From contig NC_068993.1 of NCBI RefSeq assembly GCF_001194135.2, forward strand, positions 31,408,840 to 31,459,009: DNA of 50,170 nucleotides. Direction: 5' to 3'. A model generated the notes under the pieces. It saw only the letters and a program-made list of their open reading frames with translations, did no database searches and was not told where the DNA came from. A program made the position numbers and the translations under genes. How positions within the stretch are numbered: the first letter of the stretch is position 1; each line of letters opens with the position of its first letter. Source of the stretch: Octopus bimaculoides (Eukaryota). Of the stretch, positions 1 through 13,048 are shown piece after piece.

Positions 1-392
1 TATATATATATATATATATATATTATTAATTGAAATTTTTTAGGGTCGCCTCGGTATTTATCATTCATTGTCGATAGTACTAGGGCTACCAATAGTTTCA
101 ATTTAAGGATCGTATCCCGTACTGTCCTTGTTTGTTTATTTTGTTTTGTCTGATTTGATTTTTATATTTTATCTTTCTTAAAACAACGATAAATCCACAG
201 TGATTTATCCACATGTGTCTTTGAATAATGCGACACAAACAACAACTTGTTGCGCCGCTAGGCGGGTTTCAATCAAGAAACTGGGTTGCATCACAATAAC
301 TCTATTCGACATGGTTTGTGCTGTAATGTAAGAATATGTACTTTATTTTAAAACGCAACTTTAATGCACAAATAACCTAGCAACCTTAATAT

Positions 393-558
393 CAGTGGTT
401 CCCAACAGCGATTCCCAACCCTTTTATTTAAATGAGTTTTCCCACGGATCCCTTTTTAATATGCTTATCCTTATATGTGTATATGCATATATGAAGTTTT
501 GAATTTAGCTGATGGACCCCCAGTACCACCTTTGCAGACCCCAGGCTGGGAACCACTG
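393..558. mobile_element. hAT (Charlie-like) MITE
   Basis: Termini CAGTGGTTCCCAAC (393) and GCTGGGAACCACTG (558) are inverted repeats. The flanks CTTAATAT (385-392) and CTTTATAT (559-566) form a 7/8-matching 8-bp TSD, the hAT hallmark. Confidence 0.75.
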
Positions 559-1252
559 CTTTATATGTTTGCTCGGCCAGCTGGATACAACAATCCAATC
601 TCACTTATTCTATTATATAAGACTGTTCCCCGTGCAAGTGAAGTAAATTTGATTAAAAAATGCAAAAAATAGTAAACATAAATGCTCATGAAAATGCATA
701 ATTGCAGTATGTTGTTAAATTTGTAATTTCTTTTTCAAAAAGCTTTAATCTCAAAGTAAAGGTTATTAACATATTAGGGTTGATTTGAAATTGTAGCCAT
801 TTTAGGGACTTCATTATTTTAGATGATTAAAAACTTTGGACACTTGGGGTTTCTAAGTTTAAAGAAACAACTATTATAATTTGAGCTAAGCGTTCATTTT
901 TTCATAAAATAACAATGTATGTTTATACGAATGACTTGCTCACAAGAGGTTTCATAAACACTGATCCGTATAATCTGATGGTTGTAATTAATTATACGAA
1001 AGTGAAAGCAGACAACAAATATTTCCTTGAAAGCAAACGTATTACAATTATGGTTTATGAATATGTATAAATTCTAATTAGTTTTCAGTGTTAATGTTTG
1101 ATATGTCTGAGTGTTTTGTATTTATTTCATGTTACCATCTTGTGTTTCAATTCTTGTTATTTCTAAATATTCTTGTTTTCTTACTTTTTAAAGTGAATTA
1201 TCTGAAGGAAAACCTTCCTCAGAAGTACTCAAAATTTTGCATTCATGTTCTT

Positions 1253-1262
1253 TGTTATGGGG

Positions 1263-1340
<78 letters not shown>

Positions 1341-1515
1341 GAATACGCCTCCCACATAACATGTGGTATACGATAGTCGTTACAAATACTATGACTTAGG
1401 AGGTCGAGCGTTCGAGAAGTCGACAAAGTCGGTCATAAATAGTCGTATCTTGTCTAATTAACTATACTGCTATACCGGAGTGGATGTTACAACAGTTCGA
1501 CGTTGGATTACAACA
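1253..1515 (+). repeat. 5' LTR of gypsy element
   Basis: Starts TGTTATGGGG and ends TTGGATTACAACA. Aligns by eye with 5423-5621 (ctcccac, gtggtat, ttacaaatact, gtcgagc, actatactgctataccggagtg). Confidence 0.9.
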
Positions 1516-1516
1516 G

Positions 1517-1528
1517 TGGCGATGAGGA
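1517..1528 (+). other. Primer-binding site of gypsy element
   Basis: TGGCGATGAGG lies 1 nt after the 5' LTR end; the TGG is complementary to a tRNA CCA end. Confidence 0.75.
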
Positions 1529-1550
1529 ATTAACGAACTCACAAGGAGAT

Positions 1551-4500
1551 ATGAAACAAAAGTGTAAAAAATCGCAAAATTAAGCAAGAATTGTTGACCT
1601 GTTCGTTCGAGTTGCAAAAACAGCAACAACAACAACTGCAAGAAGAAGACGAACAACAACAACAACTTCAAAACCAACAACGATTACTATTACAGCAAGA
1701 AATGCTGCAATTAATGAATGTTCTCGATAGATTATGTTGCAAAATCAATAACGGGATTTAAATATGGACCAGACGAAGGCGTACTATAGAAGATACGAAC
1801 AGATCTTCAATAAAGACTGCAAAGACTGGGATGACGATAGGAAAATGCGTCTCATCCTAGGAAAACTGGCAGCAGGAACACACGAGTGTTACAGCAATTA
1901 CGTACTCCATAAAAAAAAATTTTGACTTAAACTTTAGAAATGCAATAGACATATTTGTGTAAAATTTTTAGCGAGAATAGCTCGTTGTTCAAAACACGCT
2001 GAAAATGTTTCAACCTATAAAAGAACAACGAAGAGGACTACATTACATATGCTGAGAGAGTTAACAGAGAATGTGAAAGCCTAAAACTGCACGAGTTAAC
2101 ACCGGCATGTTCAAGTACCTGACATTTACTCAGGGGCTAGCTGCAGAAAAAGACGCAGAAGTAGGAACAAGAATTCTTGCTAGATTGGAACAAAACCAAG
2201 CTGTAACCTTACAACAAGTGTCAGAAGAGTGTGAAAGAATAGTAAATTCAAGATATGACACAGAAAAAAATTGAACATAAAGATTGCTCCCAAGTGGAAG
2301 AAATGCATCGAAAAATAAAAAATAAAACAGGCAGAATAGAAATCAAGTGTGTACTAAAATACACTACAAACAGGACAAAAGTCAGAAACAAACCCATGTT
2401 GCATGTGGCGGTCTACACTTGAGATAAAACTGCCCGTTTAAGAAAGTGAATGGTTCCGTTGTGGAAAAATTGCACATGTAAAGTGCACTGTAGAACCATA
2501 TAACAAATCGTTCGAACAAATAAAAAGGAGTAAATAAGATGTCATCGAAAGAAAATAGTAATGTGGCAAAGTGGAAATTCGTGAATGTGAAAATTAAAAG
2601 TACAGGAGTGAAAATTAAAAGTATAGGAGTAAAACTGGAGTTAGCCACTGGAAGTGATATTACTATTGTGAATGAAGAAACTTGGAAGTATATTGGCAAG
2701 TCAAAATTAAGTAAATCTACAAAAGTTGCAAATGGTGTTACGGGTAAAAGATTGCCTTTTGTAGGTGAATTTGTATGTTATGTGACATTCTGTGGACAAA
2801 TGAAAACGGCAAAAAGTATGTGTTAATAAATTCAGTAAATCTGTTCGGCACAAAGTGGATGGAACTGAGGGATTGAAATGAAAAATAAAGCATTTATTCC
2901 CAGATGTTCTTTCGGATGAACCGCGCTGCTGCACAAAAACGAAGGCAAAAAATGTAGTAAAACAAAGTACACCGCCTGTATTTAAGCCAAGATGGAATGT
3001 ACCATTTGCGGCAATAGAGTAAGCAAATAAGGAACTTAAAAGACTTGAAAGCCTAGAAATAATTGAGAAGATGGACCACTCAGATTGGGCAACACCTACG
3101 GTCTACGTAAAAAAAGAAAAATAAGTTGCGGTTTTGTGCAAATTTTTCAATGGGTTTAAACGATTGCTTAAACTCACATAACTACCCATCAAAATTAGAC
3201 CACTTGGACGCATACTTACAAATCCAAGAAGAAGAGGGATGCTCACACTTATTCGCCATTAATACACACGTGGCTTATTTAAATTTAAACGGCGTCCTCT
3301 CGGTGTGAAAGTGTCCCATTCCATATTTCAACAAATAATAGATACAATGCTGGCGGACTGTGATTTTGCCATCGCCTATTTAGACTATATCCTAATAAAA
3401 AAGTGAATCACACAAGCACGTAGAGCACGTAAAAAAATTATTCGAAAAGATAAGAGAATACGGTTTTAAGATAAGTGAAGAAAATGAGAGTTCTTTCTGA
3501 AAAAGAAAAAAATAAATACTTGGACCAGGTAATAGATAAAAACGAATGGGAACCAGAACCATCATGAGCAACTGCGATAAAAAATATGCCCACACCTAAA
3601 AATGTGGCTATGCAACAAGCATTTTGGGGATTAGTAAATTACTATCAAGTTTATATTCCCAATATACACAATGTAAGGGCCCCGCTAAATGATTTGTTAA
3701 AGAAAAATATAAAATGGTGCTGAAGACTTTTGACGAATTAAAACACACATTAGCATCGAACTTGTCGTTAAAGAATTTTAATCCGAAGCTGGATATTATA
3801 TTGGCTACAGATGCGACTGATTACAGTGTAAGAGCAAGGCTTCTGCACAAATATAAGGATTGGAGTTAAAAGGCTATAGACCATGTGTCAAAATCGATAT
3901 AACTAGCAGAAAGGAATTATAGCCAAATAGAAAATGAAGCGTTAGCATTCATATTCGGTGTAAAAAAAATTCCATGGATTTATGCATGAAAGTAGTTTCT
4001 GTCTACAAAAGGATCATCGCCCACTACATTCAATATACAGTTCTAAAACAGGAATACCAAAACAGACAACTAATAGACTACAGCGAACGGGCACTACATT
4101 ATTTAATTATGATTTCAAAATGGAATATTTACCGTCAAATAAATTACGTCATGCGGATGGTTTGTCCAGACTGATACCGAAACAAGGCGAGCCATTAATA
4201 GGAGCATTAATATCAGAAGCAGAAGTAAAAAATGTAAAGTAGAATGTGGTACGCGAATTACTGATGGCCCTAGAAGATATAAAACGAAATGCAGAAAAGT
4301 ACAACTTCATAATTGAAATTAAAAGAATACTGTGGACAGGAAAATTAAATAGGAACAGAATTGGTGCGAAGCGAAATGAAGACGTGACTTATATTCAATT
4401 TGCGATAGTGTACTGATGTATGCACAGAGAGTAGTAATACTTGAAACACTGCATAAGAAAATGTTGATGGAATTCCATATTGGATAACCTTGATATTTCG

Positions 4501-5200
4501 AGGATGAAAGCTTTAATGCGTAGCTACGTGTACTGGCCAAAAATGGATAGCGGAATTGAAAATTAAGTGAAAGGCTGCAGAGGATGTGCTCTAGCAGCAA
4601 AATTTCGGACGATAAAAAGTGAACCTTGACCAAAAGTAGATGTTCCTTAGTCGAGACTACTCATTGATTTCGCTGCTTCCTTAAACGGTTCATACTACTT
4701 TGTGGTTGTAGATAGTTTCTCTAAATGGCTAGAAATTTGTAAGTGTAAAAAGCCAACCTCCTCAACTACAACAAACTTTCTACATGAGTTGTTTGCGAGA
4801 TTCGGCGTTCTAAACACTATAGTGTCTGATAATGGAACGCAATTTGTGTCTTTTGAGTTCAAAATTTTCTGTAAGACATTCGCTGTAGAACATGTAACTA
4901 CTGCGCCATACCATCCCAGTTCTAAAGGAGAAGCAGAACATTAACAATGCATTCAAGTGTGCCCTAAAAAGTCGATTACGACAATTCCTGAGAGTGACAT
5001 CAAATCCGCGTGATACTAAATCCAAACACACCAGGGGGTATGTCACCAGCGGAGCTGATGTTTGTGAGGAAAATAAAATCAGTCTTCGACAAATTGCTAC
5101 CTGATAAAAGAAAAATTGCAATGGATAATACAGCAAGATATTTCAAAATTGGAAAAAAGCGAACCCAAGAGAATAGATGCACTAATGGAATGGTTATATG
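1551..5200 (+). pseudogene. gag-pol pseudogene (many stops and frameshifts)
   Basis: Q-rich gag start and CCHC-like knuckles (~2395-2490). Protease LATGSDITIV (~2640, catalytic D to A). RT YLDY (3377-3388, from YLDD). RNase H LATDA..YSQIENEALA (~3800-3950). Integrase HHCC region, VVDSFSKWLEI, IVSDNGTQF, TAPYHPSSKGEAE (4702-4944). Confidence 0.92.
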
Positions 5201-5412
5201 ATACTTTTCAAGTAGAAAGACGACTACAAATAATTGAATCCAGACGCACAAGTGAAAAATGAAAGTGTACGGAGTTCCTGGAAGTGGATGCCAAACGAAA
5301 GAAAAATTAAGTTTGTAATTGTATGAAAAAAGCTCAAAAAAAGAGGTCGGGTGATGTAAAAACTATTGTTAATAAAAAGAAATTAAATTACAATCCCTGA
5401 GAAAAAATACTT

Positions 5413-5422
5413 AAAAGGGAGA
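5413..5422 (+). other. Polypurine tract
   Basis: AAAAGGGAGA directly before the 3' LTR. Confidence 0.75.
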
Positions 5423-5621
5423 TACTATGCGGATAATAATAATACTGGAACACCCCTCCCACGTGACGAGTGGTATGTGAAGTCTTTACAAATACTGTGG
5501 CGTAGGACGTCGAGCAGTCGTGAAGTCGGTGAAGTCCGTTATAGATAGTCGTGTCTTACTATACTGCTATACCGGAGTGCTTACTATACTGTAATACCAG
5601 ACTGGACTTTGGATAACAACA
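5423..5621 (+). repeat. 3' LTR of gypsy element
   Basis: Starts TACTATGCGG (decayed TG start) and ends TTGGATAACAACA, followed by the TSD TTCTT. Confidence 0.9.
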
Positions 5622-6199
5622 TTCTTGAAATTCGAGATTTCCTCAATTCCTCACAATTTTAAATAGCCATTTTAAATTACAATGAAAATTATTAAGAATA
5701 ATATGAAGTAAAATTTCTCAATTAACTACAATCAAATGAAAAATGAATTTTTTGTTTCTCTTCAATGAATGATAGAACAGCCATGTGATTAAAAACACAA
5801 ATATATTTTTGAAAATACCTTGTATGTTACCACCCTGAAACAACACTTTCAGCCACGGTGTGATGTTTGTTTTCCCGTTTCTTTTATACATAACTTAAGG
5901 GCCGAAACATTTGCCTGAGAGGGGTTTATTTTCTGAAGATCTGCTATACAGCGCACTTGAGAATTTTTTACCACATTTATATATGCAATGAGAGAAATTC
6001 CGGGCAAACAGGATCAATATAAATAGGACGGGTTAAGACAAACAAGCATCAATTCAAAGATCACTCTGCGAGAAATTTTCTCTGTTGAGACCACCAAGAC
6101 ATTTATGTGGATGGAAATTTCAAAATAATAAATGACAAAAAATATAAATCAAAATCTAAAGCAAAAGTAATGAAAATTACTAAAAATAATTACTTCGCA

Positions 6200-6611
6200 A
6201 CGGATTGGATCTCATCACGTGTTTGAAACACTGGAAACCGTACACCCACAGATTACTGACGCACACACTTACACACGCACGCATCCAAACATCAAGGTTA
6301 CCAGCCCCTATCCACACGCACACACGCTCTCACATACACACGAACACCCACCTCCGTTTTGGGATCACCAATTCTTTATTATCTCCCTGTTTTCCTACCT
6401 CTCCTGTGTAACCACCTTTGTCCGGCTAGACGCCATGATTGACCGCTAGCGCCTAAAGCTTTTTTATTCTCTCTCTATTTTCTCGTGTTCCTTTCTGTTG
6501 AAGAGCGTTGGCTTGAAACGTAAAAGATTTTTCACCTTCCCGAGCGTTAAACTAATACAACTGTTTGTTGCTTATACACCTGTCTTCGTCTTTAGTTTTC
6601 CTGCAAATTCC

Positions 6612-6613
<2 letters not shown>
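6200..6613 (+). mobile_element. Penelope-like element 3' end / pseudo-LTR remnant
   Basis: Minimal hammerhead-like motif at 6491-6526, a T/C-rich tail, and termination into (TA)n; resembles common octopus PLE-type repeats. Confidence 0.5.
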
Positions 6614-6645
<32 letters not shown>

Positions 6646-7122
6646 NNNNNNNNNNNNNNNNNNNNNNNNNNNNNNNNNNNNNNNNNNNNNNNNNNNNNNN
6701 NNNNNNNNNNNNNNNNNNNNNNNNNNNNNNNNNNNNNNNNNNNNNNNNNNNNNNNNNNNNNNNNNNNNNNNNNNNNNNNNNNNNNNNNNNNNNNNNNNNN
6801 NNNNNNNNNNNNNNNNNNNNNNNNNNNNNNNNNNNNNNNNNNNNNNNNNNNNNNNNNNNNNNNNNNNNNNNNNNNNNNNNNNNNNNNNNNNNNNNNNNNN
6901 NNNNNNNNNNNNNNNNNNNNNNNNNNNNNNNNNNNNNNNNNNNNNNNNNNNNNNNNNNNNNNNNNNNNNNNNNNNNNNNNNNNNNNNNNNNNNNNNNNNN
7001 NNNNNNNNNNNNNNNNNNNNNNNNNNNNNNNNNNNNNNNNNNNNNNNNNNNNNNNNNNNNNNNNNNNNNNNNNNNNNNNNNNNNNNNNNNNNNNNNNNNN
7101 NNNNNNNNNNNNNNNNNNNNNN

Positions 7123-7543
7123 CACCGCCAACACCTCTTATGTCCATCTCCTATGTTCCAGCCTTAAGGCTTTCACTTCATATGCGCCAGCTCAATTTGA
7201 TTCTTTTTGAGTCGAAAGACATTTGTTATTATATTCTTGTTTGTATTTGTAATTGTGTGTCATGTTCTCCGTTTTTCGTTTGTGTTGCCGTACCCATTTT
7301 CTAGCCTTCTTACAAAAATCTAATGCTCTTAGGTTAGACTTTTTTGGTGGGTAACCAGACTGAACTGTTTCAAGTGCAACTGCACGAAACAGTAAGGACA
7401 TCTGGTAAGTTGACTGGAGAAAGAAGGCCACGAATGGCCCGTCCTTTTTCCCCCTATCTTTATAATTGTTGTTTGTCATGTCGCCTTTGTATCGTCTATC
7501 TGTTGGAATTTTTTATTGTCCTCTATTGCGTTTTTGTTCCATT

Positions 7544-7550
<7 letters not shown>
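7123..7550 (+). mobile_element. Penelope-like pseudo-LTR remnant
   Basis: Hammerhead-like fold at 7354-7406, T-rich 3' tail running into (TA)n. Confidence 0.45.
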
Positions 7551-7576
<26 letters not shown>

Positions 7577-7580
7577 CGAA

Positions 7581-7690
7581 TATACGACACGCTTCTTTCA
7601 GTTTCCGAGACTATTGTAGAACACTCTTAACGAATGTACCATGCTGTGGGACTAAAATTGAAATCATGTAGCTAGGAAGCAAAATCTTTA
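7581..7690 (-). mobile_element. tRNA-derived SINE head fragment
   Basis: tatacgacacgcttctttcagtttcc...tgtgggact...ggaagcaa matches the widespread octopus SINE head in reverse orientation. Confidence 0.6.
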
Positions 7691-8157
7691 TCAAAACCCA
7701 ACTATGCGCCTATATATGTGTGCGTGTGTGTGTTTTGCTAGCTCGTAGGCAGGCAACATTTATAGGCGTTAGAAAATATATACTCTTCACGCGCCTCGTG
7801 TAAAGACACCTGGAAGTTGTAGAGAAGAGAGACAACCAGCATCAGTTGCCATTCCGAGCTTAGGTAATATTCTAGAATCGATGGACCAAACATCCAACAT
7901 AATCTCTGTTTTTATTTCTCAGTACACGCGCACACACACACACACATTCTCTCGATCTGTCTCCGTCCGTCTTTCTCTCTCTCTCTCTCACTCTCTCTCT
8001 GTCTCTCTCTCTCTCTCTCTCTNNNNNNNNNNTCTCCCTCTCTCTCTCTCTATATATATATATCTTACACACATAAGTATCTATCAACTTCACTTCTCGT
8101 TCTTCCATTTCCATAAAGTACCTGTCAAATACTGCAAATAGTCGATTTAGAAAAAAA

Positions 8158-11100
8158 TATTATTATTATTAGAATTTACCCAGGCAGCGCTTTAGTACTG
8201 GTAACATTAAATATCCTTCAACCACTTGTCTATTTCATTATATGTCGTCCCTAATGCACCAATTATTACATGCACAAAATTTACAGTTTGAATGCATCAA
8301 TGTTTCACGATTTCAAATATGAAGCGATTTTTTTCCTTCTTTCTTTACAATCCTGGAATCAAGGGGACATGAACCAATCAGTAAGCAACTTCGCTTTTTC
8401 GTGTCTACTACTGTTATGTCTAGTTTATTATGCCTCCATTTCTTATATTCTCCTTCTGCTAACTTGGGACATTCCTCAACAATATGCCCCACTGTCGCAT
8501 TCCAAATTCCACACATGTCTACCTTTATCTGATACCTTCTCCACGTACATATATTTTCACAAGATGTTTGATTTTATCGCTCGATCGTGAACTGCAATAA
8601 TAAGGCTCCCTGTTTCTTTTCTAATTGACTTTTTTTTCAATAATTTCAATAATTTTTCAAGTCCTCCATTTTAATAATCTTGCTTGTTCCTAAGGATCAA
8701 ACTTTCTGTAGCAGCTCCAGATGACATTCTGTTCCAATCTCGTTTAGCCACTTGTCTATTTCATTATATGAGGTCCCTAATGCTTCTATTTCTTATATTC
8801 TCCCTCTGCTAACTTGGGACATTCTGCAACAATGTGTGCCACTGTCTCATTTCAAATTCCACACAAGTCAAAATTTTCCTAACATTTTCTCCACATACAC
8901 ATGTTTTCTCAAGATGTTTGATTTTAACGCTCGATCTTGAGCTGCACAATAAGGCTCCCTGTTCCTTTTCTCATTGACTTTTTTCAACCAATCCCAGGAT
9001 TTTGTTCCCCATACATACACAGTGGCTTTCCAAAACTGACCATGGAAAGGTTTATCCTCAATATGTTTAATATGTTCTCTTCGAATTTTATTCTTGTCCT
9101 TTTCTCCTATTCTACATTTGATCATTGTCATTTATTCGCTATCATTTGTAATTTCTCGGTGCTGTTCTGTAAATATTCTGATAAGCTTTTCTTTTCATCT
9201 GTACACACTCTTACTCAACAGTTAAACATTTTTTAACTTGGCGTCCCTTCAAGAACGAGTTCTCCACTGGTAATTTGATTTCTCCCTTCTCGGCTGGTAG
9301 ACTCTATACATTGTCAACAGCTTTCTAGTTTTCTGTCAAGTTTCTGTACGTTGCTTTATCCAATCTACAATTCCAGCTCAATATCTGATAGCCGGTGCTG
9401 CTCTTACATTCATTGCTTCAATAACACATTTTAAAATTCAACTAAGATTTTCCTGAACCTCCTTGGTAATTTGATTCATGGCGCCGTGTTATAATTCATC
9501 TGCCTTCAGTATTCTGAAATACTTATTCCACTCTCTTTTCTCGACTGGTTTCATTGTTTTCCCATTTGGCACTTCAAATCCCTGTCTTCCTTCAAATCTA
9601 CCTTGCTTTATTATCAATAGAGTGCACTCTTTAGTAAGAAATTCCATACCTATTTCATTTGAGAAAATGCGTTGCGTATGAACAAGATTTTCAAGCTGCT
9701 TCTCATTTTCGCATAAAGATTTATATCATCCATAAAAAGGAAAATATTTTTCTGCCCATATCCTTTTCGTGAATCATAAGCTATTTCAACTGTACAGTAT
9801 CATGGCCAAGAAAATAACAATGGAGATAAGCTAACTCTTTCATATATATACCACGCTGATGATCTCTTTCACAAGTCTTTGCTTTCCTCCAGTCAGTTCA
9901 GTATTCCAAACGTTTATACCATTTTCTCTATATTTTCTGCCACTGCGAATATGCCAATAGTTTCTGTAATCCAGCCACTTTACATTCAATCCCATCATCC
10001 TGCGTTCACAATTTCTAATTTTTATTTTGGCAACTAATAAGTGGTCTTTTGTTTCCTGCATCCTTTCTATTCTACAGGGAGTAGATTATTACTTTCCATA
10101 TGATTATATAACTTCACTGCCCTGAGACTGACCATAGTCTTCGTAAGCGATAAAACAGTTTATAGGTCGTACATTTGAGACCAATTTACCGTTCAAGGGG
10201 TCTTGAAACATTACAATGTTCGTCCACTTGTCATCCAATTAGGGACGCGTCCTTGCTGCGAGCATTCACCCAGTTGTGTAGTGATCCTTTCATGTAACTG
10301 TGTAAAATTCTTCAACCAATGACCTTGTACTCGATCTGGGCTAGATACTTTCCAATTTGCTATTTTTTTAAACGTTAATATCATTGAATATAGATAAATT
10401 TTGAAATCCTTTTGTCTTAGTACTATTACAAGTTGTCTTTCCACCAATGTTAAACATTCTGCACTTTCTCTGTGTTTCACCGGCCTGTTCCAAATTTCTC
10501 CCCAAAATAGTTTACTTTCTTGCACATCAGGAATCACTTCTTGATGCTGTTCCCCCTCTATTTCCACAAAATATGTTTCTATTTAATTGACATAATCTAT
10601 TCTATTCACAACCTTTGTATCTAGCATCATATCTTTTCATTTTGGCTTTTAACGCTGTCACTCTTTGAGATAATTCTTCATACAAGGTTTCCTTTTCCGT
10701 TTCTTCTAGTCTATTCAGTGTTCTGTATATTACCTCATTCTTGAGCTCACATCTCATTACTCCATCCAAGTGCCCCAGTTTTTAACCTGTGTTTTCCAAC
10801 TTCATTTATATTCTCTTCCTTCAGTTTGGTACTTTCTTTTCCTTCCCCTTCTTTTCTTCCACAATCTTCATCTTGTATCTTACAACATTAGCAGCAGCTA
10901 TGATATGCTGGTTTGTTTCACTGATGTTCTTTGTTTTAACCAAGCTCGAAACACCATTTACTCTGTTTGTGACTCTCCTTACTTTCCCTCGCACCATATA
11001 CCTTACATTTGGTGGTACTTCATTGCTCACATCACATATTTTTCCACGTAACATTTCTAGAATCTCCGTCTCTTCATCTTTCAAGTCTCGTGCAACATTT

Positions 11101-11880
11101 ATTGTCACTTGTCCAGCTAGGTCGTCTTCAAAATTTACTCCATCAATATTCTTAAACACAGAATTTTCTTTTTTTTTCATTTTCTTCGTCTCTTATCTCA
11201 TTACCACTTTCAACTATTGTTGCTTTACACTCTTCCCGTCCCTTTCTATTTTTCTCTGCATATTTTCAATCTCCAGTCCTGTAATCCAATCGTTTATACA
11301 AATTTTCTTTGCCTTGTCTATTAATCGCTGTGTGGAACCTTCAAAGACACTCTTTTCACTCCAAATTCTCTTCATTCGTTTCATGAAACCTCATTTATTT
11401 GGCTTAACTGTAACCCACATTCAATCACAATTTTATTTACCACTTTTTATCATTTCATTTTCCTCCCTCTGCACTTTTGATTTCGATTGTGGTTCTAATC
11501 GATGCCTACGACGACTTGATTCAGTTTGTTCACATACTCATCGCCTGCCGTGCGCGACACCTTCCCTGTTAACAGTTCCATTTCGGCCCCCTAACACAGT
11601 TATGATTATTATTTGCGTTGTTGCTGCACGAAACCAGATTTTAAGCATATTTCCTCTACCTATTTGTTCAAATCCTTAGGAATAGTTCCTGTGCATATGG
11701 TCCTGACGCGGAGCCTCTGAGAGATGAAGTTCGGATCTCACGGAATGAATCCACTCAGAACTGTGGTTGTGCGAAACCTCTTGCCCTCAGATGTTATTCC
11801 AAAATTGGCGGATTTTTTCTGCTTCAGGAGGTGTATTATCTTCTGTATTTCCTCCTAAGCCCTTAAAAACTGTCTCTAGT
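8158..11880 (-). mobile_element. R4/Dong-clade non-LTR retrotransposon (RT + CCHC + REL endonuclease), degenerate
   Basis: Minus-strand FWGEIW, WKVSSPDRVQGHWLK, KDHLLVAK..WLDYRN, LFMDDINLY (FMDD at 9725-9736), CGIWNATVGHIVEECPKLAEGEYKK, DITVVD. The 3' end runs into (TAA)n at ~8158-8170. Confidence 0.88.
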
Positions 11881-11886
11881 TATTTG

Positions 11887-11887
11887 A

Positions 11888-11951
<64 letters not shown>
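11887..11951. repeat. Compound (GTA)n(GCA)n(GTA)n microsatellite
   Basis: Seen directly, at the 5' boundary of the Dong element. Confidence 0.95.
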
Positions 11952-11952
<1 letters not shown>

Positions 11953-11989
11953 TTAACATTATTGTCGTTGTTAATATTATATCAATTTG

Positions 11990-12420
11990 TTCAATTCTTG
12001 TCTGTCTATTTTCCATTTTTCCTTGTATCTTACTAAACCTAAATGTCAGACGTTGCAAGATTAAAATATTCTTTGTTATTGTAACATTCTCACTTCTTTG
12101 TCTATTTCATCTTTTTCTTCTATTTTTCTTTCTATTTCTCATTGTTGTAGGTGTTTGTGTGTCTGCTTGATTCTTTTTTATCTCCTCTTTATTCATGTTA
12201 TGTCTTAGTGAAACAACTATAAATATTTTCTGTTATTTCCGTAATATCTTCTGAAGATTTAAGCAGATTAACGATCAATACCCCTTATTTCCTTGCTATC
12301 TAATGGATTTTCCATCTATCTGCCGTAGTCATTTCCCACTATAAAACTTAAGTACTTTTAATTCTCACAATTCTTCCTTTCACTGATGTATGGTCAAATG
12401 TCACCGGCGTTGACTAAATA
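11990..12420 (-). mobile_element. Highly decayed LINE (RTE-like) RT C-terminal fragment
   Basis: Weak KYLS/G..I motif and RTE-like tail residues on the minus strand; heavily eroded. Confidence 0.25.
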
Positions 12421-12960
12421 CTGTTCTTATTTTCTGGGCTAAGTTTATGAGATTTGTGTTTGCCTATTTGATTTTTACAAAATTCACAGATCATGTATTT
12501 AAAACAAAAGAAATTAGAAGCTTTATTACTTTTCCCAGTAGGCATAAGTTCGTAACTATAATTAAGCAACATATAAAGACACTCGCAATGGTGTTGTGTC
12601 GGAAAATCTTAGTTAATAAAGTTTCGTATATATAAAAAACAAAACAAATTGAAGTGAATTGATTTCAAGTGACAAAGTATTATTTCCAAGACTTACAAAT
12701 AGAACTTCTACTCACTAAAAATTAATTATTTTTTTTATATCTAAAAACTTATTTATAATTTAAATTAGTATGAATTAGTATTTGAAATAAATCAGACTAC
12801 AAACTACTATATANNNNNNNNNNNNNNNNNNNNNNNNNNNNNNNNNNNNNNNNNNNNNNNNNNNNNNNNNNNNNNNNNNNNNNNNNNNNNNNNNNNNNNN
12901 NNNNNNNNNNNNNNNNNNNNNNNNNNNNNNNNNNNNNNNNNNNNNNNNNNNNNNNNNNNN

Positions 12961-13002
<42 letters not shown>

Positions 13003-13048
13003 AGAGAGATGGAGAGAGAGAGATTATTTTATCTATTACTTTTCTCAA

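Larger units (their letters stand above)
1253..5621 (+). mobile_element. Full-length degenerate Ty3/gypsy LTR retrotransposon (Mag/K02A2.6-like)
   Basis: Two homologous LTRs (1253-1515, 5423-5621) and an exact 5-bp TSD TTCTT (1248-1252, 5622-5626). PBS and PPT are present, and domain order is gag-PR-RT-RH-IN. Confidence 0.95.

Noticed and set aside
6498-7304. Long ORFs spanning N-runs (also ~15259-15767, 28654-29211, 30306-30938, 48552-49285)
   Set aside because: They are open only because N codons and (TA)/(CA) repeats contain no stops.
10789-11679. 296-aa plus-strand ORF
   Set aside because: F/S/L-rich antisense shadow of the A-rich Dong coding strand, with no recognisable domain.
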